Origin: a virus
DNA: 64,000 nucleotides
Virus record (IMG/VR): IMGVR_UViG_3300045454_000060
Location: 1-64,000 of that record
Strand: one strand, 5' to 3'
Within the stretch, counting starts at the first letter, position 1. Each line of letters begins with the position of its first letter. The notes below the pieces were generated by a model. The model did no database searches, was not told the DNA's origin, and worked only from the letters and a program-made list of their open reading frames with translations. This document shows positions 38,258 to 47,211 of this stretch, piece after piece. The position numbers and the translations under genes were made by a program.

Positions 38258-38298
38258 TCTGCTATGCTAGTCAGCGCTGACGAATTAAGGGCGATGCG

Positions 38299-38691
38299 AT
38301 GACTCTCATGAGCGATTCCTTCAGGGAGCCGACGACCATAGTCGGTCGAACCAGCAGCTCAACCGAGCACCAGCTCGGCGAGATCGTTGGCACGCTGCGC
38401 ATGACCGTCACGGCCGTCGAGAATCTGCGCGTGACGGTCGAGCGCCTCGCCAACACGGCGGTTCTCAAGGTGGATCTCGACGGCCATCGCGCGATGATTC
38501 GCGACGAGATCGCCACCCGTTTGCAGGCGAGTTCCGAGCGCGAGACGCGCCTCCTGAAGCAGCTCGAGGAGCTGCAGGCCAAGGTCGGCTCCGTGCAGCG
38601 ATGGATGTGGATGCTGATGGGCGGCGGCACGACGCTGATGCTGCTCTCGCGGCTGGTGTCCATCCCCGTGAAACTCACGATCGGCGGTTGA
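38299..38691 (+). CDS. Coiled-coil protein with a C-terminal TM helix (lysis cassette)
   Basis: Hydrophobic C-terminus; lies upstream of holin and endolysin. Confidence 0.6.
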   Translation: MTLMSDSFREPTTIVGRTSSSTEHQLGEIVGTLRMTVTAVENLRVTVERLANTAVLKVDLDGHRAMIRDEIATRLQASSERETRLLKQLEELQAKVGSVQRWMWMLMGGGTTLMLLSRLVSIPVKLTIGG

Positions 38692-38692
38692 T

Positions 38693-39196
38693 ATGATCCC
38701 AGGCATCGAAACCCTGCTCGGCGGCGCGCTTGGCGGACTGTTCCGGCTCGGCCAGGCGTTTCTCGAGACGCGCGAGAAGCAGCGCGACCGCGACCACGAG
38801 TTCCGCATGATGGAGCTGCAGGGTCGGCAGGCGGTGGCGGCCGCCGAGGCCCGGCTGCGCGAGGTCGCAATCGACGGGCAGTTCAAGCTGGAAGCGACCG
38901 ATGTCCAGGCGATCATGGAAGCGACCAAGGCGCAGGCGCTCGAGGCCTCCACCGCCGGCGGCTGGGCGGCGTTCCTCTCCGCCACCGTGCGCCCCGTTCT
39001 CACCTATCTCCTGGCGCTGCTCTATATCGGCCACAAGATCGCTCTGATCGGCGCCGCGCTGATGGTGTCCGGCGACCCGCTGCCTTCGGTGGTTCTCGCC
39101 TTCACCGAGGCCGATCATGCGATCCTGTCCTCGATCCTGTCCTTCTGGTTCGTCGATCGTTCGCTCCGCAAGGGGCGCAGTCCGATCACCAGCTAG
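38693..39196 (+). CDS. Putative holin
   Basis: TM segments, VRPVLTY and FWFVDRS motifs; directly before the lysozyme. Confidence 0.6.
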   Translation: MIPGIETLLGGALGGLFRLGQAFLETREKQRDRDHEFRMMELQGRQAVAAAEARLREVAIDGQFKLEATDVQAIMEATKAQALEASTAGGWAAFLSATVRPVLTYLLALLYIGHKIALIGAALMVSGDPLPSVVLAFTEADHAILSSILSFWFVDRSLRKGRSPITS

Positions 39197-39202
39197 ACGA
39201 TC

Positions 39203-39802
39203 ATGCGCACGCCTGACGAGGCCAAGGCGCTGATCAAGCGTGCCGAGGGGTTCCATCGACGCCTGCCGGATGGCCGTGCCGCCCCCTATCTCTGTCCCGC
39301 CAATATCTGGACCATCGGCTGGGGCTCGACGCGCGATCTTCAGGGGGCGCCGATCACTCGCGACACGCCGCCCGTCACGGTCGAGGAGGCCGAGCTGCTG
39401 TTCGGGCGCGATCTGCGTCTGTTCGAGGAGGGAGTGCGTCGGCTGGTCAGCGTGCCGCTCACCAACAACCAGTTCGGCGCTCTGGTGTCTTTCGCCTACA
39501 ATCTCGGGCTCGGTCGGCTGCGCAGTTCGACGCTGCTGCGCCGGCTGAACGCCGGTCGATATGAGGATGCGGCCAACGAGTTCCCGAAATGGGTGATGGC
39601 GGGCGGCCGACGCCTGCCCGGGCTGGTCATCAGGCGCGAGCAGGAACGAGTGCTGTTCCTCAAGCCGGACAGCGCAGGCCCGCCCGCTGATTCGGCGACA
39701 GACCGCCATGCAACCACCGGAGATGGCGGAAGCTGGATCAGCCGTTTTCTGAGGGCGTTTCAGCGCGGCGCCGAAGGATCGGTCTGGGCTGGCCGCTTCT
39801 AA
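39203..39802 (+). CDS. Endolysin, GH24 lysozyme
   Basis: EG...YLCPANIWTIGWGST, ALVSFAYNLG, GLVIRREQE. Confidence 0.92.
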   Translation: MRTPDEAKALIKRAEGFHRRLPDGRAAPYLCPANIWTIGWGSTRDLQGAPITRDTPPVTVEEAELLFGRDLRLFEEGVRRLVSVPLTNNQFGALVSFAYNLGLGRLRSSTLLRRLNAGRYEDAANEFPKWVMAGGRRLPGLVIRREQERVLFLKPDSAGPPADSATDRHATTGDGGSWISRFLRAFQRGAEGSVWAGRF

Positions 39803-39898
39803 TCTGTGGTATAAGTCACCACTGATTACTATAAAAGCTACAACTGAATCTAGTTTCGCTTGACAGTGGGCTTCGCCCAGCCCGAGACGGAGAAAGTG

Positions 39899-41068
39899 AT
39901 GGCGGTCAGTAAGAAACCCGATGCTGCAGCTCAGCGCGCCGAGGTTCCGTTCTCGGAAGATGCCTCCAAGCTCACTGTGGCATCGCGCCGGGAGCTGATC
40001 GCCGATCTGCGGCGGCTCGTGGAGGCCGAGCCCACGCGGGTGATCAGCCGGAATTACTACCGGGTGAACGGCCGCTACGCCGAGAGCGCCTGGACCGGCG
40101 TGTTCGGGACCTTCGCGGAGTTCAAGAAGCAGGCCAATGTCACGCCGTCGCGGCACGTGCAGGCGCTGGAGAAGCAGGTCGCCAAGCACGCCTCGGTCGA
40201 GCGCATTCGCGTGCTCTCGGAGGAGCGCAAGGGCTATGCCGAGCGTTACCTGATTCCGGACAAGCGCCGCTTCCAGACGCATGTGGTCGTGTCCGACATC
40301 CATGATCGCAGAGCGGATCCGTTCGTGGTCCGGGTGCTGCTCGACACCCTCGAGCGCATCCAGCCCTCGCGCTTCATCGAGGGCGGCGACACCTTCGACC
40401 TTCCCGAGTTCGGCAAATACGCCATCGACCCGCGCGAGTGGGATGTCACCGGGCGAATCCAGTGGGTGCGCGAGTTCCATGCCGAGGTGCGCCGGCGTTG
40501 TCCGAACACGCAGATCGACGTGCTGGAGGGCAATCATGAGCATCGCCTGCTGCGCCATCTGGCCGAGGCCTCGCCGGCGATGCGCGCGGTGCTGGCCGAT
40601 CTGCACGGCTTCACGGTTCCGAAGCTGCTCTGCCTCGACGAGTTCGGCATCAACTACGTGGCGCGTTCCGATCTCGCCACCTTCACTCAGGCCGACGTCA
40701 AGCGCGAGGTGGCGAAGAACTACCTGATCGTCGATGGCGCCTTCCTGGTGCACCATTTCCCCGAGGGGATGGCGATGGGCTTCCCGGGCATGCACGGGCA
40801 TCACCACAAGCACATCGCGTGGCCGCACTACAGCCCGGTCTTCGGGTCCTTCACCTGGCACCAGCTCGGCTGCGTGCATCGTCGCGAGGCGTCCTACTGT
40901 GCCGGCGAGAAGTGGGCGAACGGCTTCATGATCGCGCATGTGGACACGCTGAAGAAGCACACCGCCCTCGAATATGTCGAGTTCCAGGAGGATCACGTGG
41001 TCGTCGGCGGCAAGTGGTATGAGCGTTCCGAGAGCGAGCGATTCGTCCACGTCAAGCAAAAGGTGTAA
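39899..41068 (+). CDS. Calcineurin-like metallophosphoesterase
   Basis: SDIH, GGDTFD, EGNHE and GHHH motifs. Confidence 0.85.
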   Translation: MAVSKKPDAAAQRAEVPFSEDASKLTVASRRELIADLRRLVEAEPTRVISRNYYRVNGRYAESAWTGVFGTFAEFKKQANVTPSRHVQALEKQVAKHASVERIRVLSEERKGYAERYLIPDKRRFQTHVVVSDIHDRRADPFVVRVLLDTLERIQPSRFIEGGDTFDLPEFGKYAIDPREWDVTGRIQWVREFHAEVRRRCPNTQIDVLEGNHEHRLLRHLAEASPAMRAVLADLHGFTVPKLLCLDEFGINYVARSDLATFTQADVKREVAKNYLIVDGAFLVHHFPEGMAMGFPGMHGHHHKHIAWPHYSPVFGSFTWHQLGCVHRREASYCAGEKWANGFMIAHVDTLKKHTALEYVEFQEDHVVVGGKWYERSESERFVHVKQKV

Positions 41069-41135
41069 CTGACAATCAGTCATCGCTGAGATATGCTAGT
41101 GTTCGCCATTGAATAGGCGACACAGGAGCATACCG

Positions 41136-41951
41136 ATGAGCAAGTCCCTTCGCGGTTCCCGGCGTGAAAACGCCAAGAACAAGAGGGAGGGACGTGGTGT
41201 GCTCCCCCTCACGTCCTCTTGCGAGGACGCATTGCGCGACTTTCCTGCCGCGCGCGAGACTGCATTCCGACCCATCAACACCTCCCAGGCGCGCTATGCC
41301 GGTTTGATCGGCTCGATGGAGCTGGTCTTCGGGCTGGGCCCGGCCGGCACCGGCAAGACCTATGTCGCCGGGATGCTGGCCGCCGAGGCGCTGCTCGAGG
41401 GCAGGGTGAAGCGCATCATCGCCACGCGGCCGATCGTCGAGGCGGGAGAGGAGCTCGGCTTCCTGCCCGGCGAGCTCGAGGAGAAGACCGCCCCTTATTT
41501 CCGCCCGCTGCGCGAGGTGCTGGAGCGGCGTCTCGGCCGCGGCCATGTCGAGGCGCTGATCAAGGGGCGCAAGATCGAGATGCTGCCGCTCGCCTTCATG
41601 CGCGGGCACTCCTTCCAGGACGCCTTCGTCATTCTCGACGAGGCGCAGAACACCACCCCGACGCAGATGAAGATGTTCCTGACCCGCCAGGGGGAGGGGT
41701 CGGTCGTGGTGGTGGACGGCGACAGCACGCAGAAGGACATTCCCGGCCCGTCCGGCCTGGTCGATGCCGTGCGTCGCCTGCGCGATCTGCCGAGCGTCGG
41801 CGTTCATCGCTTCACGCGCGAGGATATCGTGCGCTCCGGGCTGGTGCAGGCGATCGTGGAGCGCTACGAGGAGCCCGACGAGGCCTTCGAGGCCGAGGTC
41901 GAGGATGCCACGGCGGGGTTGCAGCGGGTGCTGGATCTGCGTCGCCCTTGA
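41136..41951 (+). CDS. phoH: PhoH-family ATPase
   Basis: GPAGTGKT, LGFLPG, FMRG, ILDEAQN and DIVRS motifs. Confidence 0.93.
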   Translation: MSKSLRGSRRENAKNKREGRGVLPLTSSCEDALRDFPAARETAFRPINTSQARYAGLIGSMELVFGLGPAGTGKTYVAGMLAAEALLEGRVKRIIATRPIVEAGEELGFLPGELEEKTAPYFRPLREVLERRLGRGHVEALIKGRKIEMLPLAFMRGHSFQDAFVILDEAQNTTPTQMKMFLTRQGEGSVVVVDGDSTQKDIPGPSGLVDAVRRLRDLPSVGVHRFTREDIVRSGLVQAIVERYEEPDEAFEAEVEDATAGLQRVLDLRRP

Positions 41952-41976
41952 AAATCCCGGGCGGGGCGGGCATATT
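41948..41976 (+). promoter_or_regulatory. Sigma70-like promoter
   Basis: TTGAAA-17 nt-CATATT. Confidence 0.55.
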
Positions 41977-41983
41977 GCCGGAG

Positions 41984-42240
41984 GCCTGGAGCGGGAGCGA
42001 TCCCGCCCCAGGCGCCGTCCGGTAGGCTACCCGGCGGTTCCGAATTGCACTCGGAACCGCCACCTACCGAACCGGACTTCCAGATACACCCTCACGAGCA
42101 TATCTGTTCTCCGGTTGGTGTGGCGTGATTGCCACACCCTTCGGGCGTCGTGACGCCCGAAGCCCGAGCGCGAGGTGCATCCCGCGTCGTGCCGTGATGC
42201 TAGCAGATTCTCCCGGAGAGCGGGGCATCTCCTGCCCCGC
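41984..42240 (+). ncRNA. Candidate structured RNA or leader with 6-7 consecutive hairpins
   Basis: Stems at 41984-42013 (GCGA loop), 42020-42069, 42070-42116, 42117-42138, 42139-42162 and 42220-42240. Confidence 0.55.
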
Positions 42241-42257
42241 GCGACTATGCTTGCCGC

Positions 42258-43061
42258 ATGACGAGACTGAGCGATCTGACGTGGTGGGAGGCCGACTTCC
42301 CCGGCAAGTCCCTCGACCGCGACGCCTGCGAGGCGCTGTTGTTCGACCGCTGGCCCGAGCGTGAGCGTCGGCGCGAGCCGGAGCTGATGGGCACCAAGTG
42401 GTGGGATGTGCGCCTGCTGCACCCTGTCCAGGCGACCTATTGGTTTGCGCATCTGCTCACGTTCGAGGTGCGGCGGATCATTCGCGAGCATCTCGACGAC
42501 CGCGCGCCCTCGCTCAGCGCGTCCGGGCGCGTGCTCGACTGGCACCCGATCAAGAGCGGTGACGTGTTCGAGCCGCCCTTGGATGAGCGCCGGCGACCCT
42601 ACTGGAAGCGCAAGATCATCGGTCTGATTCGGGCACGCCAGGCAGCCGATCTCGACGGGGTGCCCTACGAGGTGTTTGTCGCCTCCGGCCTCAAGCATTT
42701 CTATTTCGGCCGCGGCGCCTATGTGCTGGCACGGTCGGCGGTGAAGATGCCGGAGCCCAATCTGCTCTACGGCGAGAACTGCCTGGCGCAGATCCGCGAG
42801 GACTGGCTCGCGCAGCTCCAGGTGCGTCCCTGGGCGGCCAGGCACGGGCGCTATCGCCTCGCGCATGATGACGGCCATCCCGATCATCGCGCGCATCGCG
42901 ACTGGCTGGTGCAGCAGCTCTCCCTGCGCTCCCAGCCCGAGCTTGCTGCGGCGCGGCTGGTGCGCGACGGGCTGCTGTCGCGCCCTGAGGCCGAGAAGGT
43001 CTGTCTTGCGCGGGGGCGATCGGTGTTGACGCGGTTCAGCCGCGCCCTGGAAGGGGCGTGA
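42258..43061 (+). CDS. Hypothetical replication-module protein
   Basis: 267 aa upstream of DnaB; KWWDVRLLHPVQATYWF. Confidence 0.75.
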   Translation: MTRLSDLTWWEADFPGKSLDRDACEALLFDRWPERERRREPELMGTKWWDVRLLHPVQATYWFAHLLTFEVRRIIREHLDDRAPSLSASGRVLDWHPIKSGDVFEPPLDERRRPYWKRKIIGLIRARQAADLDGVPYEVFVASGLKHFYFGRGAYVLARSAVKMPEPNLLYGENCLAQIREDWLAQLQVRPWAARHGRYRLAHDDGHPDHRAHRDWLVQQLSLRSQPELAAARLVRDGLLSRPEAEKVCLARGRSVLTRFSRALEGA

Positions 43062-43121
43062 AAACGCGCTTGCCGGTCAGTCATACGTGACTTATGACTC
43101 TGTGAGCGCTGATGGGATCAG

Positions 43122-44465
43122 GTGATGACGACGCCGGTTTACGAGTTCGACGCCGAGACACAGACCGAGATCTGCTCGCTGCTGATGTGGGACCATGATT
43201 TCGCTCGTCGCACCGATGGGCTGATCAAGCCTGCCTATCTGGAGAACGATGTCGAGCGCGGCTTTGCGCGGCTCGCGATCGCCTTCTTCCGTCGCTATGG
43301 CGAGGTGCCGTCGCGCACTGCCTGGGTCGAGCTGGTCAAGGATGGCTTCAAGCTGAAGCCGCCGATCTGGCGCGAGGATCAGAAGAAGGACGTGGTCGAG
43401 AGGCTGGCGCTGACCGCGCGGCTGACCGTGCGCTCCCGCCAATTTCTGCTCGACAAGATCGCCGAGTTCGCGCAGCAGCAGGAGATCACCCAGGCGATGA
43501 TCTCGGCGGCGGCCGAGCTCGGTAAGACGCACGACCCGGAGCGCTTCGCGCGCATCAAGGACAGGCTCGGCCAGGCCTTCGCGGTCGGGCTGCGCGACGG
43601 CGACGAGGATTACGACTTCTTCGAGCGGATCGAGGAGCGCACGGAGGATCGCCTTGCGCGTGCCTCGGGTTCCCTGCCGCGCACCGGCATCACCACCGGG
43701 ATCAGGGAGCTTGATGGTCTGCTGACCACGCATGGCGGCTGGGGCCGCAAGGAGCTCAGCCTGTTCATGGGGGCGATGAAGGCCTCCAAGAGCTTCCATC
43801 TCACGAGTGCGGCGGCGGCGGCCGTGATGGCCGGCAAGAACGTGCTGTTCGTCACCTGCGAGAACGCGATCGACATCCAGGCCAGGCGCATCGACGCCTA
43901 CATGTCCGACATCGCCATGTCGGATTTCCTGCGCAGTCCGCATACCGTGCGCGGCGCGGTCGAGGCGGTGGCGGTCTCGGGCAGAGTCGGCAAACTCAAG
44001 ATTCGCGAGTTCCCGACCATGCAGTTCCGCCCCCGCGACCTCGAGCGATTGATCGAGGAATACAAGACCAAGGGGCTGATCTTCGATCTGGTCGTGATCG
44101 ACTATCTCGACCTGATGACCTCCGACATGCCGATCGAGAAGGACACCGAGCGCTCCAAGCACATCTATGCGCGTTGTCGCGGCATCGCCATGAAGGAGGG
44201 GTTCGCGCTGCTGAGCGCCACCCAGACCACGCGCCAGGGGGCGAAGGCCGCCGTCGCCACTGCCACCGATGTTGCCGAGGACATCAATCGGGTGCGCATC
44301 GCCGATCTCGTGATCTCGATCAATCGCACGGAGGAGGAGCGCGCGAACGGCAAGGCACGCCTCTACATCGCGGCGGCACGCAATGAGCGCGACGGTGTCA
44401 CCCTGTTCATCACGCAGGATCTTGATCGTGGCAGGGCGGTCAAGGACGTCGAGGCGGTCGAGTGA
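43122..44465 (+). CDS. DnaB-like replicative helicase
   Basis: GITTGI..LD, deviant Walker A GAMKASKS, VVIDYLDLM and SATQ motifs. Confidence 0.88.
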   Translation: MMTTPVYEFDAETQTEICSLLMWDHDFARRTDGLIKPAYLENDVERGFARLAIAFFRRYGEVPSRTAWVELVKDGFKLKPPIWREDQKKDVVERLALTARLTVRSRQFLLDKIAEFAQQQEITQAMISAAAELGKTHDPERFARIKDRLGQAFAVGLRDGDEDYDFFERIEERTEDRLARASGSLPRTGITTGIRELDGLLTTHGGWGRKELSLFMGAMKASKSFHLTSAAAAAVMAGKNVLFVTCENAIDIQARRIDAYMSDIAMSDFLRSPHTVRGAVEAVAVSGRVGKLKIREFPTMQFRPRDLERLIEEYKTKGLIFDLVVIDYLDLMTSDMPIEKDTERSKHIYARCRGIAMKEGFALLSATQTTRQGAKAAVATATDVAEDINRVRIADLVISINRTEEERANGKARLYIAAARNERDGVTLFITQDLDRGRAVKDVEAVE

Positions 44466-45553
44466 GGGGCGAGCTCGAGGCGCTGATCGCTGACCTCGAT
44501 CTCGAGGCGCTGCTCGATCACTTCGGGGTGGATTACCGGCGCACCGGCGGCGGCTCGAATCTCAACCTGCGCGAGTGCCCGTTCTGCCATGACGATCGCT
44601 GGCGCGCCTATATGAGCGTCGAGAAGAAGCTCGGGCTCTGCTTTCACGCCGACTGCCAGAAGCGCTGGAACCTGTTCTCCTTCGTCCGCGCCAAGCTCGA
44701 GACCGATGCGCGCGGGGCGATCAGATTCCTCGAGGATTACGGCAGCCAGGTGCTGGGCAGATCGACCCGCGCCAGCCTGGCGCGTGGCCAGGCGAGGCTG
44801 CCGACCGCATGGGAGCTGCCGGCGTCGGTGCCGCTGCCGACCGATGACGGCATGACGCATCCCTACCTGGTGACGCGGCGCATCCTGCCCTTGACGCAGA
44901 GCCTGTTCGGGCTGCGCTGGTGCGAGGACGGCATCTACAGCTACGAGGACGTGGACGGGCGGGCGCGGCGCATGTGGTTCGGCGGGCGGGTGCTGCATCC
45001 GATCTGCGATCTCGACGGCACGGTGGCGACCTTTGTCGGTCGCGATGTCGGTGGCGCCTCCACCGTTCGCTACCTGTTCCCGCCCCTGCTGCCGGCGGCC
45101 GGGCGCTACCTTTACGGGGGCGAGCGTCTGTCCGGTTTTGCGCATGTGGTGCTGGGCGAGGGCCCTTATGACTGCCTGGCGATTCACCAGGCGATCGTCG
45201 ACCACCCGGATTTTCGCGATACGGCCGCCGCGGCCACATTTGGCCTGTCGATCGGACATGCCGATCCCGAGAGCGGGAACGACCAGCTCGGGAGGCTGCT
45301 GCGCCTCAAGGAGACGGGTCTGCGGCGCGTGACCTTCCTCTGGGATGGCGAGAGGAACGCGCTCAAGGCGGCGCTCGAGGCGGCCGAGCTGGTGGCTGCG
45401 CATACCGGGTTGCACGTGCGCATCGGTCTTCTTCCCGGGGGCAAGGATCCGGCCGAGCTGGAGACCAGGGAGGTGCGTGCTGCGATCGGCCAGGCCAGAC
45501 CGTTCGAGCCGCGTCTCAAGCTGCTGTGGAGCCTGAAGAACCCCTATGATTAA
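44462..45553 (+). CDS. DNA primase (Zn finger + TOPRIM)
   Basis: CPFC...CFHADC, EGPYD, WDGE and KDP motifs. Confidence 0.85.
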   Translation: MRGELEALIADLDLEALLDHFGVDYRRTGGGSNLNLRECPFCHDDRWRAYMSVEKKLGLCFHADCQKRWNLFSFVRAKLETDARGAIRFLEDYGSQVLGRSTRASLARGQARLPTAWELPASVPLPTDDGMTHPYLVTRRILPLTQSLFGLRWCEDGIYSYEDVDGRARRMWFGGRVLHPICDLDGTVATFVGRDVGGASTVRYLFPPLLPAAGRYLYGGERLSGFAHVVLGEGPYDCLAIHQAIVDHPDFRDTAAAATFGLSIGHADPESGNDQLGRLLRLKETGLRRVTFLWDGERNALKAALEAAELVAAHTGLHVRIGLLPGGKDPAELETREVRAAIGQARPFEPRLKLLWSLKNPYD

Positions 45554-45632
45554 TCACGGGTGAGTGTTGACGCCTGCGCGCGTCTGAGCGATAGCGTCGT
45601 GTGCAGTGGGGCGCTGAGAGGAGGGCGGGGAC

Positions 45633-46211
45633 ATGGGGCTGTATGTTGTGCGCGGCACAGTGATGACCCGGAGGAACGGGGATGTCTGGCGCGCCGCGCT
45701 CTGCCAGGCTGTCGGGCTCAGGCTGGACAAGGCCATCCTGGTGCGCTCCTGGGCAAGCCGGAAGCACCCGCCCGGCGCCGCTGTCATGACGGGCACTTAC
45801 CACGGCATGCACTCCAAGTTCGTCGAGGCGGTCGAGACCAAGACCTTCTCTGGATATGAGTCCATCTCCGATCGTCGTGCCGATGATCTGGAGGTCTCCC
45901 TGCGGGATCTGATCACGGGCGGCACTCACAGGACCTCCTGGATCTTCAACGAGACTGCGGCGGAGGAGCTTGATCGTCTGGCGAAGGCTTTTGTTTCGAT
46001 CGAGGCGATCTTGGCGCCGGAGAATCGCGATCAGTTGTCGCTGGATGCTCTGGCTCTGATTTCGGCCGGAGCGTCGCTCATCGACGCGCAGGCGATGCTG
46101 CGGGGTCATGTTCGGGATGTGGACGCGCCGATCGAGCGGCGGATCGAGCGGGAGATCGCGCCGGGCGTGCCGATGGAGGAGTTGATCCCCGCCTGGGGAT
46201 CCTGGGCATGA
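45633..46211 (+). CDS. Hypothetical protein
   Basis: ORF with GAGGAGG RBS. Confidence 0.6.
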   Translation: MGLYVVRGTVMTRRNGDVWRAALCQAVGLRLDKAILVRSWASRKHPPGAAVMTGTYHGMHSKFVEAVETKTFSGYESISDRRADDLEVSLRDLITGGTHRTSWIFNETAAEELDRLAKAFVSIEAILAPENRDQLSLDALALISAGASLIDAQAMLRGHVRDVDAPIERRIEREIAPGVPMEELIPAWGSWA

Positions 46212-46224
46212 GGGAGAACAGGGC

Positions 46225-46749
46225 GTGAACAAGACCTCGATTGTGGGCAGCAACCGCTACACCTTTCACTGCCCCGTGGTGGACAGGAACGAGCGGTTCC
46301 TGGCCTGCGCGTTCCGCAAGCACCGCAAGTGGCGCGGCGAGTCGATCGACGCGGAGGACTGCTCGGTGGTCATGAACGCCTCCAAGTGTCCGGCGGTGCA
46401 TATGCTCGAGCTGGAGCATCGCGAGGGCAGGGCGATGTTTTTCGATTCGGCCGCCGACGAGGTGCACAAGCTGCCGTCAGCGATTCTGGATCGGATCGCG
46501 CGTATTCTGGTGTTGCCGTTCCACGGCATCGGCACAAAGATCGACCCGGAGACGCTTTCGGCGTTGGTCGGGCGCAAGGTCGAGCTGCCGGAACGGCAGG
46601 CGGCAGGTTCTGCCGAGACGGCACGCAAGGTGCCGCGTTCGGCGGCACGGGGTGCCGGCGGCAGGGGGTCGCAGGCGGAGCGCGGCAGTGTGCTCGATCA
46701 CGTGGAGGGCGATGTGGCGAAGCAGATCAACAAGGCGATCGGGTCATGA
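46225..46749 (+). CDS. Hypothetical Cys-containing protein
   Basis: GGGAGA RBS; FHCP...C...C...KCPA. Confidence 0.65.
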   Translation: MNKTSIVGSNRYTFHCPVVDRNERFLACAFRKHRKWRGESIDAEDCSVVMNASKCPAVHMLELEHREGRAMFFDSAADEVHKLPSAILDRIARILVLPFHGIGTKIDPETLSALVGRKVELPERQAAGSAETARKVPRSAARGAGGRGSQAERGSVLDHVEGDVAKQINKAIGS

Positions 46750-46931
46750 TGATGGTGCGCTGGGTGTTGCGGGGGCTGGGTGGTCTGGCTCTGCTGCTGT
46801 GGGGATTCGCGATGGTGGCGATCTATCGGGAGTTCGACATCAACTCCACGATGATGATGTTCCTCGTCTCCACGGTCGGGATGACGGGCATTCTGCTGCT
46901 CTGTGGCTCGTTTCTGGGGCAGAGGGAATGA
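46746..46931 (+). CDS. Small two-TM membrane protein
   Basis: Two hydrophobic segments; ATGA overlap with the upstream gene. Confidence 0.55.
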   Translation: MMMVRWVLRGLGGLALLLWGFAMVAIYREFDINSTMMMFLVSTVGMTGILLLCGSFLGQRE

Positions 46932-47155
46932 GCACCCCCTACCTTGTGCTGCGGGGTGATCTGGCCGATGACGACGAGTCGGAGGCGGTCTGGCTCGAGC
47001 GGCATCCGAACGCGATCCTGTTCGGGGTCGATGACGGCATCGTCGCGGCGTTCACCGATCCGAACATCGCCGCCGCATGGCTGATCGGGATTCTGCTGGG
47101 CGACGACATGCCCGAGCACGTCGAGGAGTGGTGCGCCTGGGCACGCGCGGAGTAG
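46928..47155 (+). CDS. Small acidic hypothetical protein
   Basis: ATGA overlap with the upstream gene. Confidence 0.5.
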   Translation: MSTPYLVLRGDLADDDESEAVWLERHPNAILFGVDDGIVAAFTDPNIAAAWLIGILLGDDMPEHVEEWCAWARAE

Positions 47156-47178
47156 GGTGTCGTGGGTTGTTCCCCGGA

Positions 47179-47194
47179 TGTTCCACGTGAAACA
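47179..47194. promoter_or_regulatory. Chromosomal-type parS site
   Basis: TGTTCCACGTGAAACA is an exact match to TGTTNCACGTGAAACA. Confidence 0.75.
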
Positions 47195-47211
47195 GAGTCC
47201 GGGAAGGTATA

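Noticed and set aside
41984-42240. tRNA or tmRNA
   Set aside because: No cloverleaf with D/T-loop consensus and CCA end could be fitted; kept as an unknown structured RNA.
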